Both the position numbers and the translations under genes were made by a program. DNA of 64,000 bases from an uncultured Candidatus Saccharibacteria bacterium (GTDB lineage Bacteria; Patescibacteriota; Doudnabacteria; UBA920; 2-02-FULL-46-11): the NCBI GenBank assembly GCA_964609765.1, contig CAZSSD010000001.1, positions 45,282 to 109,281 of the forward strand, written 5' to 3'. How positions within the stretch are numbered: the stretch's first letter is position 1; the number at the start of each line of letters is the position of its first letter. Under the pieces are notes generated by a model that saw nothing but the letters and a program-made list of their open reading frames with translations, did not search any database and had not been told where the DNA came from. This document shows, one piece after another, positions 18,246 through 27,017 of the stretch.

Positions 18246-19190
18246 ATGCCTGTACGTTTAACCGGAAGGAGTGCTCCCACTTACCGATCAGGGCGTACCA
18301 GCCCGTACGTCCGTTTTCGGCGTTCCGGACTGCAGGAACGCGTAGAACAGAAGAAGACGAATCACAAAAACCGCGCTTATCGCCATAGCCATTGGCTCGG
18401 TTTATTGACGCCGGTTGGCCTCACCACTAGCTTGGCTGTTCTTTTGTTACTGGTGGGCGGTCTGTGGTTTTTTGTTTTCAGCACCTCTTTTTTGATCGAT
18501 GAAGTCAAAATTGTTGGCCCGACTTCTTTAACGCGCAGCCAAATTAACAAGGTGTTTTACGCGTTGCAGGACAAGCGCGTATTGTTTTTTATTCCAGCTA
18601 ACCACGTAGTTTTTTTAAGTAAAAAAAGGATGGCCGGTGAGCTGAAAAATTCTTATCCTCATATCGCTGAAGTATCCCATTACGACCGCACCTTACCTAA
18701 CCAGATTTCCTTTGCGGTTTTGGAGAAGAAGCCGGCGTTTGTCTTGACCGCCGATAACGGATCCCGCTATCTCCTGGATGAAGACGGCTTCAGTTTGGGT
18801 GAAGCGCTTTCGGCGCTGCCTGCCCAGAGTATAGATATCAGAGGAAATTTATCCACCCAGGCGGAAGCAGGGACCCAAATTGTCGGGGTTCCGGTCTTGA
18901 GTTTTGCCAGTTCGGTGCAAAAAAAATGGCCGGCGGACTGGAGTTTTAGGCCGGTTCAGTACGAGATATTAACGGAGGTCGGTTCGGGCGAGTTTAAAAT
19001 TTTGCTTAATGAAGGCTGGTTTGTTAAAGCGGCTGGCGCCAATAGCGCGGAAAGTTTGGTCGCCAACGTACAAACTATCCTGGCTAACGAGTTTGATACT
19101 GACGAAAAACGCCGGCAGCTTTCATATATCGATTTGCGCCTTACGAGCCGAGCTTTTTATTGTCTGAAAGATAAACCCTGCGCCAAATAA
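18246..19190 (+). CDS. FtsQ/DivIB-like cell division protein (cytoplasmic tail, one TM segment, POTRA domain)
   Basis: Basic N-terminus, a TM helix (LAVLLLLVGGLWFFVF) and a POTRA-like FLIDEVKIVGPTSLTRSQINKVF. Confidence 0.5.
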   Translation: MPVRLTGRSAPTYRSGRTSPYVRFRRSGLQERVEQKKTNHKNRAYRHSHWLGLLTPVGLTTSLAVLLLLVGGLWFFVFSTSFLIDEVKIVGPTSLTRSQINKVFYALQDKRVLFFIPANHVVFLSKKRMAGELKNSYPHIAEVSHYDRTLPNQISFAVLEKKPAFVLTADNGSRYLLDEDGFSLGEALSALPAQSIDIRGNLSTQAEAGTQIVGVPVLSFASSVQKKWPADWSFRPVQYEILTEVGSGEFKILLNEGWFVKAAGANSAESLVANVQTILANEFDTDEKRRQLSYIDLRLTSRAFYCLKDKPCAK

Positions 19191-19259
19191 TCTTTATACA
19201 ACAAAATCCGTAATTACAGTTTTTATTGTTTTAGGTTCTGGGCTGCGGTTAAAAATTAA

Positions 19260-20777
19260 CTAATTAACCGAATATCTGGTTAGGTAAATATCTCCCCGGT
19301 AAAGAAATACATCGGGGATTTTTTGTTCTTCTATTTGCAGCCAATTGGCCGGCACCTCCGGCTTGCTTCCGCCAAAGCCGGTTGTCCAGAGAAGCCAGAT
19401 GGTTTCGCCGCTCTGACCATAAGTTTTGAGATCACCAATAAAGTCGCCGTCATTTAAAAGGGCAGTACCGGAAAAGTGCGGCAGTTGCTCGGTCTGGGTG
19501 ATGCCCTTAAGGTAAAGAAGGGGATATGCTGGGGGGTTGGCCGCGCCCCATTGCTGATAATAATATTTGTAGCTGAAGTAAATGAAGGTCGAAGCGACGA
19601 CTATTTTGTCGCTAGGCTGATAATTGCCAAACAAGTATTCAGAAGTGGCTCGCATACCGGGGTGATTTTTTACATCCAGTTGCTGCCATCTATCCGCAAA
19701 GAAAATGACACTGGCCAGTATAAGCAGGATGAGCAGGCCGGAGCCTAAGCGCTGCCATTTAATACTAGCCAGAGCGAGCGCGATGAAAGCTACGATAAAT
19801 ACGGCCGCAAAAATAAAATATCGATCAAGATAAAGAGCGGTCCGCAATGAAATAAGGATGGCCAGTACAAATGGGACAAAGCCCATCAGCACAAGCAGGA
19901 TTTTGTCGAGTTTGCGATAGCGCCAAAGATAAACCAAAAGCAGAAACACGAAAGCGACCGAAGCGACAATTAAAATATTATTGGCGATGCCCTGCCAACC
20001 ACTGATCAGTATTTTCCAAATTGTCGCGGGTACGCTCCAACGCTCCATTTCGGGAATCCAATAATTTTGCTCGACCTGACTGAACTGGCGCCAAAAAGTA
20101 GGCAGCCACCAGCTTGAGAGCACTCCGGCCAGAATAAATGACGCGGCCCATTTTAGATTTTGCCTGGCTAGAACGGGACGGTATTTTTTTAGCCACCAAA
20201 TTAAAATAAATAGGCCTTGGGCGGCAAGAGAAAAGAGTAAGAAATAATGTGTGAGCGCCGAGGCGCTGGTCAGTATGGCAAAGGCTAGCCACCATGGCCA
20301 CCGATTTGTGCGCAAAGCTTTAAGCATCACCCAGGTTCCCAACACTATTAAAAAAGTCCCCAGCGTGTACATGCGTGCTTCCAAAGAATATTGAATATGG
20401 AAGGCGTTAACGGCTAAAAGCGCGGCCGCGCCCCAGGCCAGTTTTTTACCTTCGTCCGCTGGATAATCTTTAAATATTTCCCTGACTAATACATAGAGCA
20501 GCCAGACGGTAGCCACGCCAAAAAAAACCGAAAAACCGCGCAAAGATTCCAAACTGTGTCCAAAGACGCTGGCCCAGACCCGTAACAACCAATAATAAAA
20601 AGGCGGATGCACATCCAAGGCAATGCGCTGCATCATTTCGCTAAAGGGCATGCGGATAAGCAAAGCCGAAAATGCCTCGTCGTGCCAAAGGGCGAGAGCG
20701 GTATAATCCCATAGCCTGACTACTAAAGCGGTCGCTAAGATAAAGGGCAGCAATAGTTTGTTAAGAAGGTTGTTCAT
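19260..20777 (-). CDS. GT39-family (PMT/ArnT-like) membrane glycosyltransferase
   Basis: Polytopic, with LWHDEAFSAL (DE motif in the first periplasmic loop), typical of family 39 / ArnT-type transferases. Confidence 0.75.
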   Translation of the reverse strand: MNNLLNKLLLPFILATALVVRLWDYTALALWHDEAFSALLIRMPFSEMMQRIALDVHPPFYYWLLRVWASVFGHSLESLRGFSVFFGVATVWLLYVLVREIFKDYPADEGKKLAWGAAALLAVNAFHIQYSLEARMYTLGTFLIVLGTWVMLKALRTNRWPWWLAFAILTSASALTHYFLLFSLAAQGLFILIWWLKKYRPVLARQNLKWAASFILAGVLSSWWLPTFWRQFSQVEQNYWIPEMERWSVPATIWKILISGWQGIANNILIVASVAFVFLLLVYLWRYRKLDKILLVLMGFVPFVLAILISLRTALYLDRYFIFAAVFIVAFIALALASIKWQRLGSGLLILLILASVIFFADRWQQLDVKNHPGMRATSEYLFGNYQPSDKIVVASTFIYFSYKYYYQQWGAANPPAYPLLYLKGITQTEQLPHFSGTALLNDGDFIGDLKTYGQSGETIWLLWTTGFGGSKPEVPANWLQIEEQKIPDVFLYRGDIYLTRYSVN

Positions 20778-22461
20778 AAATTTCCATAATTACTTCTCCA
20801 AAACGATTATATTCCCGTTTTATGAGTTTGGCGTCGGGATAATACCGTTGGAAGGCTTGGCTGTCATACAGACTCGACTGTGTAAAAACAACCTGATCGC
20901 CGGGAAGGAGCTGCAGGCCAAATCTTTCATGCTCGTAGCGTCCGATGCGTACCTGATCGGGTCCCTGCCAAAGACTGGCCGGGTCGACAACTTGATAGGG
21001 CTGTTTGGTTTGTGTGGTCAGATACTGGGGCGTTTGTTCGGAGAACCAATCGATAACCAAATAGGTTTTTTCTTTATGGGCGCGCTCATTTAAATACTGG
21101 CTGACTGCGGTCAGATCAGAACGAAAAGCGTAAGCGTAGGCCGGTGAGTTGCCGGCGACCCCGAAATAAAGGTTGATGCCATAAACTGCTTCGGCGCCTA
21201 ACAGCACGATTAGCAAAAGGGCGGCTAGTTTTTTTCTAATGGTCCAGCCCAGGCCTTGTTCGTGCGGAAAAGTGGTTAATATTTCCTCGATAAAAAGGGC
21301 GGCTATGACAAAGGTAATCGGAATCACGCCAATTAAACGCAGCCCATGGGGAATGCCTTCGGCCGTGAGTAATTCCGGGACCAGCATTAAGTAGAACCAG
21401 AGCGCCATGACGAAAAATGTCAATCTTTTTAAATTGATGGCATATGCTATTTTTTCGCGGTGTTTGCGGAAAGCTTGAACGAAAAATATAACCGCCTGCA
21501 CGGTGACGGCCAGCAGTCCGACTACAAAAAGCGGCGCGATCAGATAAGAAAGAAAGGGATACCCCGATACATTGTGCCGCCAGTTCAGATCTCCGCCGGT
21601 GATGAAGCCAAGGGCCGTCTTTTTAAAAACGACCAGAAAGGTGCCGATTAAATCGCCCTGGTTCAGTTCAGGGGAAAAAATGGAAACCTGGCCGGTGCGG
21701 CCGGCCAGCCATTCCGGTTTTCTTATAAAATAAAGGGCGAGCGGAACGAGAGCGGCGGCGAAACTGATGGTCCCGGCCAAAACCGCCGGCCAGTAGCGCC
21801 TCGCGAGCTGCCATTTTGGTTGGTTGCGCAGGTCGATAATTATAAGCATGACCAAAGCCAGCCCGACCAGGGGAATCATCATGCGGTATGAAATATAGGT
21901 ATAAAAACCCAATCCAAAAGCCAGGCCAGAAAAAACAGCGCAGGTCCAATACTCCAGACGCGATTTGGCTTGGGCAACCCGGGTCGCAAAGTAGAAAAAT
22001 AGTAAAGTAAAAAGCGGCGCCGTGTTGGCGCGAAATGCGGTGCGGCTCAAAGTGATATACCAGCCGCTTACGGCTGTCAGAAACGCGGCCACAAAGGCCA
22101 GGCGCGCGTTAAACCAACGCCGTATTAAAAGATAAGTCAAAAGTACAACCAGTACGCCCATGGTCGCAGACACTAAATGGTGGGCTAAAGGCGTCCGGCC
22201 CAAAATGGCGACGGCCGGCGTGAGCAAATAAAAAAAGAGCGCTTCACGCCCGTTGCCGCGTTCGTAGAACGGCTGCAGCTTGCCGTTTAAGATACTATTT
22301 ATATCGAGCCCATTGGCCGCTTCGTCCGGAAATAAGCCGCCGGGCAAACTGCCCAACCCGGTGTAACGCAGAATCGCCGCCACAGAAACCAGAATCAACA
22401 ATGGCCCGTAGTTTTTTAACCATTTTTTGCCTTCATGATAGGCCCCTTTTAAGTTTTCCAT
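20761..22461 (-). CDS. GT39-family (PMT/ArnT-like) membrane glycosyltransferase, tandem paralog
   Basis: Polytopic, with ...GLFPDEAANGLD... as the DE motif. Overlaps the downstream paralog by 17 nt. Confidence 0.75.
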   Translation of the reverse strand: MENLKGAYHEGKKWLKNYGPLLILVSVAAILRYTGLGSLPGGLFPDEAANGLDINSILNGKLQPFYERGNGREALFFYLLTPAVAILGRTPLAHHLVSATMGVLVVLLTYLLIRRWFNARLAFVAAFLTAVSGWYITLSRTAFRANTAPLFTLLFFYFATRVAQAKSRLEYWTCAVFSGLAFGLGFYTYISYRMMIPLVGLALVMLIIIDLRNQPKWQLARRYWPAVLAGTISFAAALVPLALYFIRKPEWLAGRTGQVSIFSPELNQGDLIGTFLVVFKKTALGFITGGDLNWRHNVSGYPFLSYLIAPLFVVGLLAVTVQAVIFFVQAFRKHREKIAYAINLKRLTFFVMALWFYLMLVPELLTAEGIPHGLRLIGVIPITFVIAALFIEEILTTFPHEQGLGWTIRKKLAALLLIVLLGAEAVYGINLYFGVAGNSPAYAYAFRSDLTAVSQYLNERAHKEKTYLVIDWFSEQTPQYLTTQTKQPYQVVDPASLWQGPDQVRIGRYEHERFGLQLLPGDQVVFTQSSLYDSQAFQRYYPDAKLIKREYNRFGEVIMEIYEQPS

Positions 22462-22496
22462 TTTTTGTTTAGAAGTGGTAGAATAGAGCTAAAGTT

Positions 22497-22898
22497 ATGC
22501 GAAATTTCAGTAATTTTAAAAGATTTTTATCTTTTGGGCACTGGGCGCGTTTAAAGCCCCGTTCGGCTTCGGTCAAAGACGGCATTATTTTTTGGGGCAC
22601 TTGTTTGAGTTTCCTCCTGATAATCATACTAATTGTTTTAATTGTCTTCAAGTTAAGGCCGTCGTCGGAATTAACATCCGTTCACTACAATATTTTAATT
22701 GGCGTAGATGAAGTGGCCAACGGTCTGCAAATATACGGTTTTGCTCTGGTGGCGGTCTTGGTGTTGATTTATAATTTAATGTTGGCTAAAAAGTTTTATC
22801 GTTTTGAACCGTTTGCCTCGTATTTATTAGTGATTGGTTCCGTGTTGGTTTCGGCTGTTTTGCTCGGGGCCGTAATATCGCTTACTCATTTGCCTTAA
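22497..22898 (+). CDS. small membrane protein (133 aa), hypothetical
   Basis: Three predicted TM helices. Divergent from the GT39 pair and upstream of the GT2 gene. Confidence 0.4.
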   Translation: MRNFSNFKRFLSFGHWARLKPRSASVKDGIIFWGTCLSFLLIIILIVLIVFKLRPSSELTSVHYNILIGVDEVANGLQIYGFALVAVLVLIYNLMLAKKFYRFEPFASYLLVIGSVLVSAVLLGAVISLTHLP

Positions 22899-22946
22899 TT
22901 TGTTTGTGAAGTATCAATAAAGCGGCCGGGCAGGGCCTTTTGTATT

Positions 22947-24638
22947 ATGTCGGCACCACTCATGCATCAAAGTCGTAATCCACACCGCCAACGCTCCGCC
23001 CGAGAGAGGGTTTTTGAGATTATACCGGCGGCATTAGTCTGGTTGAGTTTGGGTTTGGCGGTTTATTTTTCCTTTACACATCCGGCTTGGGCCGCCGTCT
23101 ATATTATTGTCTTTGACGTTTATTGGGTTTTAAAGGCCATTAATACCACCCTGCATCTTTTGTCGTCCTATAACCATTACCAACATGATCTAACGATGGA
23201 TTGGTTTGCGGGGGTAAAAATGTTGAGGCACAAAGAGGACCTGATCCGTGTTTTAACAGAGCGGAAAGCCCAAGCGCGGCGAGCCTGGCGCGGTCTGATT
23301 AGCCGCGAAATCGAAAGAGTAAACGCCGCGCAAATCAAACGGGACTATGATCAGATTTACCACGTTGTCCTGTTCCCCTTTGTTGATGAAAGCTTTGAAC
23401 TTTTACGGACAAGCGTTGAAGCCATACGTCAGAGCAATTACCGGCTTGATCGCGTGATTATCCTGCTGGCGGCAGAAGAGCGAGCGGCGGCACAGGCCCA
23501 AGCTACGGCCCAAAAATTGCATGATGCTTATCAAGATGTTTTTCGCGGCTTTTTAGTAAGCACGCATCCCGACAACTTGCCGGGCGAAATCAGGGGTAAA
23601 AGCGCCAATGCCAGTTTTGCCACAGAACATGTTTTGTTACCATGGCTCGCGCAAAACAATATCCCGCTCGAAAATGTCATAATGAGCAATTTAGATTCGG
23701 ACACGGTGGTCCACAGGCAGTATTTGGCCAGAGTGACTTATGAATGGCTTTTAGCGGCTGATCCTCATCGCCGCAGTTACCAGCCAATCACCTTGTATAA
23801 CAACAATATGTGGGACTCGCCGGCCTTGGTGCGGGTAGTGGCGGTGGCTAACTCTTTCTGGCAATTTATGGAATCTTCGCGGCCCGACCGCTTGCGCACT
23901 TTTTCGAGCCACAGCATGAGCCTGAAGACTTTGCGCGAGGTTGGTTTTTGGAAAAAAGAAATCGTCAACGAGGATGGTTTTATTTTTTGGCAATGTTACC
24001 TGCATTTTAACGGCCAGTATAGCACGGTGCCGTTATTTATTCCGGTGTCCATGGACACTTGCGTGGCGGAAGACTACAAGCAGACCTTGATTAATCAGTA
24101 CAAGCAAAAGCGGCGCTGGGCATATAATGTTGAATATTGGCCGCATCTGGTGCCAAAATTGTTGGGCAATAAAAAGATTCCTTTGCCTGACCGGCTTTAT
24201 AAATTTTGGCAGTATGTTGAAGGTAATTATAACTGGGCTACTGCCAGTATTGTCATTGCCACCATGGGCTTTTTACCGTCTTTCTTGGGCGACAATTTCA
24301 CGGGTACGGTTTTGGGCTACAATTTGCCCTATGCCACGCGCTTAATGATGAACATCGCCCTTGTTTTCTTGATTGCCTCGGTGTACGTGAATATGATTTT
24401 GCTGCCGCCCCGGCCTGCGAAATACAAATGGACGCGCACGGCGGCTATGTACGCGCAATGGGTTTTAGTGCCTTTTATCTCAATCATCTGGGGCTCAATT
24501 CCTTCTTTAGAAGCCCAGACGAGGCTGGCTTTGGGGAAATATATGGAATTTTGGGTGACACCGAAGCCGCGATCCGTGATCGAAAAATCCGAAATTCGAA
24601 TATCGAAACCCGAAACTGCCTTAAATTTAAAAAATTAA
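22947..24638 (+). CDS. processive family-2 glycosyltransferase (cellulose/chitin-synthase-like)
   Basis: N- and C-terminal TM helices; DxD (NLDSDTV), an ED-like motif (VNEDGF) and QKRRW (QxxRW). Confidence 0.65.
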   Translation: MSAPLMHQSRNPHRQRSARERVFEIIPAALVWLSLGLAVYFSFTHPAWAAVYIIVFDVYWVLKAINTTLHLLSSYNHYQHDLTMDWFAGVKMLRHKEDLIRVLTERKAQARRAWRGLISREIERVNAAQIKRDYDQIYHVVLFPFVDESFELLRTSVEAIRQSNYRLDRVIILLAAEERAAAQAQATAQKLHDAYQDVFRGFLVSTHPDNLPGEIRGKSANASFATEHVLLPWLAQNNIPLENVIMSNLDSDTVVHRQYLARVTYEWLLAADPHRRSYQPITLYNNNMWDSPALVRVVAVANSFWQFMESSRPDRLRTFSSHSMSLKTLREVGFWKKEIVNEDGFIFWQCYLHFNGQYSTVPLFIPVSMDTCVAEDYKQTLINQYKQKRRWAYNVEYWPHLVPKLLGNKKIPLPDRLYKFWQYVEGNYNWATASIVIATMGFLPSFLGDNFTGTVLGYNLPYATRLMMNIALVFLIASVYVNMILLPPRPAKYKWTRTAAMYAQWVLVPFISIIWGSIPSLEAQTRLALGKYMEFWVTPKPRSVIEKSEIRISKPETALNLKN

Positions 24639-24667
24639 GTTTCTTGAACTTGTTTTATGCTTCGCCT

Positions 24668-24687
24668 GCCTGCCGGCAGGCAGGGAT
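24668..24687. promoter_or_regulatory. perfect 20-bp palindrome CCTGCCTGCCGGCAGGCAGG (terminator or operator)
   Basis: 10-bp perfect inverted repeat with no loop, lying between the GT2 gene and the GT4 gene. Confidence 0.4.
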
Positions 24688-24707
24688 TTAGAATTACGAA
24701 TTTAAAT

Positions 24708-25772
24708 ATGATAATTTTCTTTTGGATATTTCTGCTGGCGTTAGCGGTTTCCGTTTTGGCCACCGCCATCGTTCGAAAAATTTCTATCAAAAAAGGAGTT
24801 TTCGATTTGCCTAATGTGGAGCCCGCCCGGCGGGCGCACGATAAACCCAAACCGCTGCTGGGCGGCCTGGGTTTAATTCTCACTTTTGACGTTCTAACCG
24901 CACTGCTTTATTTTTTATTGCCCCTCTTGAAAGATAATATTCCTTTGGTAAGTATGCTTGCCATTTGGGCCGGCAGCCTCATTCTTGGTTTGGGCGGCGC
25001 CATCGATGACATTAAGAACCTAAAGCCGGGCCAACAGTTGTTTTTTACAATTCTGGCCGTACTGGCCGTGGTTGTTTCGGGCATGGGCGTGCCTCATATC
25101 ACTAATCCCTTAGGCGGCAAAATACCCCTTACCGGTCCGGCCATTGGCGGTATTGGGCTGGTTAGCGCCGCCTTTGTCTTTTTCTGGATTTTGGGCATGA
25201 TTTATACGACTAAATTTTTAGATGGCTTAGACGGGCTCGCTTCAAGCATTAGTTTGGTAGCCACTCTTTCTTTGTTTGCCCTATCGTTTACGCCGCAGGT
25301 TATGCAACCTTATACGGCCGTGCTGGCCGCGGTGTTGGCCGGCAGCCTGCTCGGGTTTTTGATATTTAACTGGTACCCATCGAAAATATTTTTGGGCGAG
25401 GCCGGCAGTACGTTCCTCGGTTTTATTTTGGGAATTCTGGCCATTATTGCCGGCGGAAAAGTGGCCACAGCCTTCTTGGTTATGGGTGTGCCCATTTTGG
25501 ATGTGGCTTGGGTAATTTTGCGCCGAATTTATACCGGCCAATCTCCGTTTAAGGCCGATCGCCTGCATTTGCATTTCCGTCTTTTAGATCTCGGCTTAAG
25601 CCACCGGCAAACCGTGGCCGTCTTTGTATTGTTTTCGGCTGCATTTGGCGGCACGGCCGTACTTTTGCAATCCTTTGGCAAGTTTATATCCCTTTTGATA
25701 TTACTACTTGTCATGCTGGCTTTCGGTCTGTTCGTGGTTTACTTAACCCGCCGCCGACGCTTGACCCCGTAA
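24708..25772 (+). CDS. GT4-family polyprenyl-phosphate HexNAc-1-phosphate transferase (WecA/TagO-like), not MraY
   Basis: DDIKN... and ...FNWYPSKIFLGEAGSTFLGF... are MraY/WecA superfamily motifs. It lacks the MraY HHH motif (has LHLHFR). Start placed at ATG 24708, downstream of the palindrome. Confidence 0.7.
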   Translation: MIIFFWIFLLALAVSVLATAIVRKISIKKGVFDLPNVEPARRAHDKPKPLLGGLGLILTFDVLTALLYFLLPLLKDNIPLVSMLAIWAGSLILGLGGAIDDIKNLKPGQQLFFTILAVLAVVVSGMGVPHITNPLGGKIPLTGPAIGGIGLVSAAFVFFWILGMIYTTKFLDGLDGLASSISLVATLSLFALSFTPQVMQPYTAVLAAVLAGSLLGFLIFNWYPSKIFLGEAGSTFLGFILGILAIIAGGKVATAFLVMGVPILDVAWVILRRIYTGQSPFKADRLHLHFRLLDLGLSHRQTVAVFVLFSAAFGGTAVLLQSFGKFISLLILLLVMLAFGLFVVYLTRRRRLTP

Positions 25773-25979
25773 TACAACCTCGATAATTCTCCTACGTTTT
25801 GATGAACAGCATTATATAAAACTGTTAGATATCTGATTACAAAAGCAGTATTAATACCGAGTCGAATTGATGGAATTCAAAACGATCGAGGTTGATATCC
25901 GGGGTTGACTAAGGAAGCGCAATCCACTACTATTACGTAGTCTTTAATACCTTAATTTATAATTGAATTTTTAGAGAAT

Positions 25980-26291
25980 ATGTTCGCGATTATCCAAACC
26001 GGTGGCAAGCAATACACTGTTTCACCTGAACAGACCGTCAAAATAGAAAAGCTCAAGGCTGAAAAAGGGGAAACCGTTACGTTCGATAAGGTTCTTTTGG
26101 TGGCTGATGACGATAGTGTTAAAGTGGGGAAGCCGTTTGTAGCCGGGGCGAGTGTTTCCGGGCAGGTTTTGACCCAAGCCAAGGATAAAAAAATCAGGGT
26201 TTTTAAGTATAAGGCCAAATCTAAGTATCGCCGTACCGCTGGGCACAGGCAGGCTTATACGGCCGTAAAAATCGGCGAGATTAAGGTCTAG
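25980..26291 (+). CDS. rplU: 50S ribosomal protein L21
   Basis: [14 protein letters not shown]... Confidence 0.9.
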   Translation: MFAIIQTGGKQYTVSPEQTVKIEKLKAEKGETVTFDKVLLVADDDSVKVGKPFVAGASVSGQVLTQAKDKKIRVFKYKAKSKYRRTAGHRQAYTAVKIGEIKV

Positions 26292-26315
26292 TTCCGAAAA
26301 AAAGCACTTAATTTC

Positions 26316-26344
26316 AACCACCAAGAGCCGGTGGTTGTTTTAGT
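26316..26344 (+). terminator. rplU terminator (CAACCACC-aagagcc-GGTGGTTG plus TTTTAG)
   Basis: 8-bp stem followed by a T-run. Confidence 0.6.
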
Positions 26345-26345
26345 A

Positions 26346-26373
26346 TTGACTATTTCTTTTAATGTTGTAAAAT
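26346..26373 (+). promoter_or_regulatory. sigma70-like promoter TTGACT-16 nt-TAAAAT driving the downstream ncRNA/tRNA region
   Basis: Near-consensus boxes immediately after the rplU terminator. Confidence 0.5.
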
Positions 26374-26382
26374 ATGATACAC

Positions 26383-26905
26383 GGACATTAAGTTCTGGTT
26401 TGGGTAGCCTTAACGTCTAAGTCCAACTAGCGGACTCGCACGGAGGATCGGCCGATCTACCATGGCCTCCGTATGGAAAGCTTGAGGACCCTTAGGTGTT
26501 AACCCACTCCCAACTAACGTCAGCCAGGCCTGCTCACCTCGTTCCGATCGCAAGGTGCGTGGTAAGCGGGTTCTGCAGTTAGGGCGGAGCGCGGAGTACG
26601 AGGCGCGAAACCGGGGAAGAACCAAATCTTGGGCGGGAAACAAACCAAACTCGTCGCTGTGGGAGGTTTGCGATCAAACAAGAAATGGTTCAACGTTGGC
26701 GTAGCCCACAGCCGGTAACCAGTCTTTTGGGGGGACTGGGGATGGCGGCAGGCGTTGGTAAAGCGAGCAGTGCTGGAACGGAGAGATGCTGAATGGGTTC
26801 GGGAGTTGTTCGCCACTAGTGTGCGGCAACTTACCTTGAGCGGCTCGGTCGATCCGGTAGGGCATTGTAAGGTTTGCGAATTGCTTGCGTGGAGCCCAAA
26901 CCAGA
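26383..26905 (+). ncRNA. unclassified GC-rich structured ncRNA candidate (~520 nt)
   Basis: Promoter-proximal, GC-rich, and carries only overlapping junk ORFs on both strands. Many local helices. Weak CR-IV/CR-V-like strings (GGTGCGTGGTAAGCGGG; CACAGCCGGTAACC). Confidence 0.3.
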
Positions 26906-26909
26906 TATT

Positions 26910-27015
26910 GGGGCTGGACCTCGGGTGTGAGGCACGGGGGAATTCATCCTCCCCCCGTGGCGCTGTTCGCGGTCTTTGCTCGCGACAGGGTCGGGTTCGA
27001 TTCCCGTCAGCTCCA
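26910..27015 (+). ncRNA. atypical 106-nt tRNA-like element with a tmRNA/tRNA-Ala-type acceptor stem
   Basis: 5' GGGGCTG and 3' CAGCTCC-A acceptor strands with a G3:U70 pair. T-arm CGGG-TTCGATT-CCCG. 4-nt D-loop (CCTCG-GGTG-TGAGG). An 8-bp hairpin CACGGGGG/CCCCCGTG with an 11-nt loop containing UUCAU. A long extra arm (CTGTTCGCG...CGCGACAG). Confidence 0.4.
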
Positions 27016-27017
27016 TT

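Noticed and set aside
24657-24707. 17-aa N-terminal extension of the WecA-like ORF.
   Set aside because: It would translate straight through the perfect 20-bp palindrome, and the hydrophobic TM start at ATG 24708 is more plausible.
26383-27015. tmRNA (ssrA) hypothesis for the GC-rich region plus the tRNA-like element, since the acceptor GGGGCUG/CAGCUCC is identical to E. coli tmRNA.
   Set aside because: The two acceptor strands are only about 100 nt apart. No tag reading frame (GCN...Ala-Ala-stop) occurs in any frame upstream. The order (5' strand upstream of 3' strand) does not fit permuted two-piece tmRNA genes. It is kept as an atypical tRNA-like element instead.
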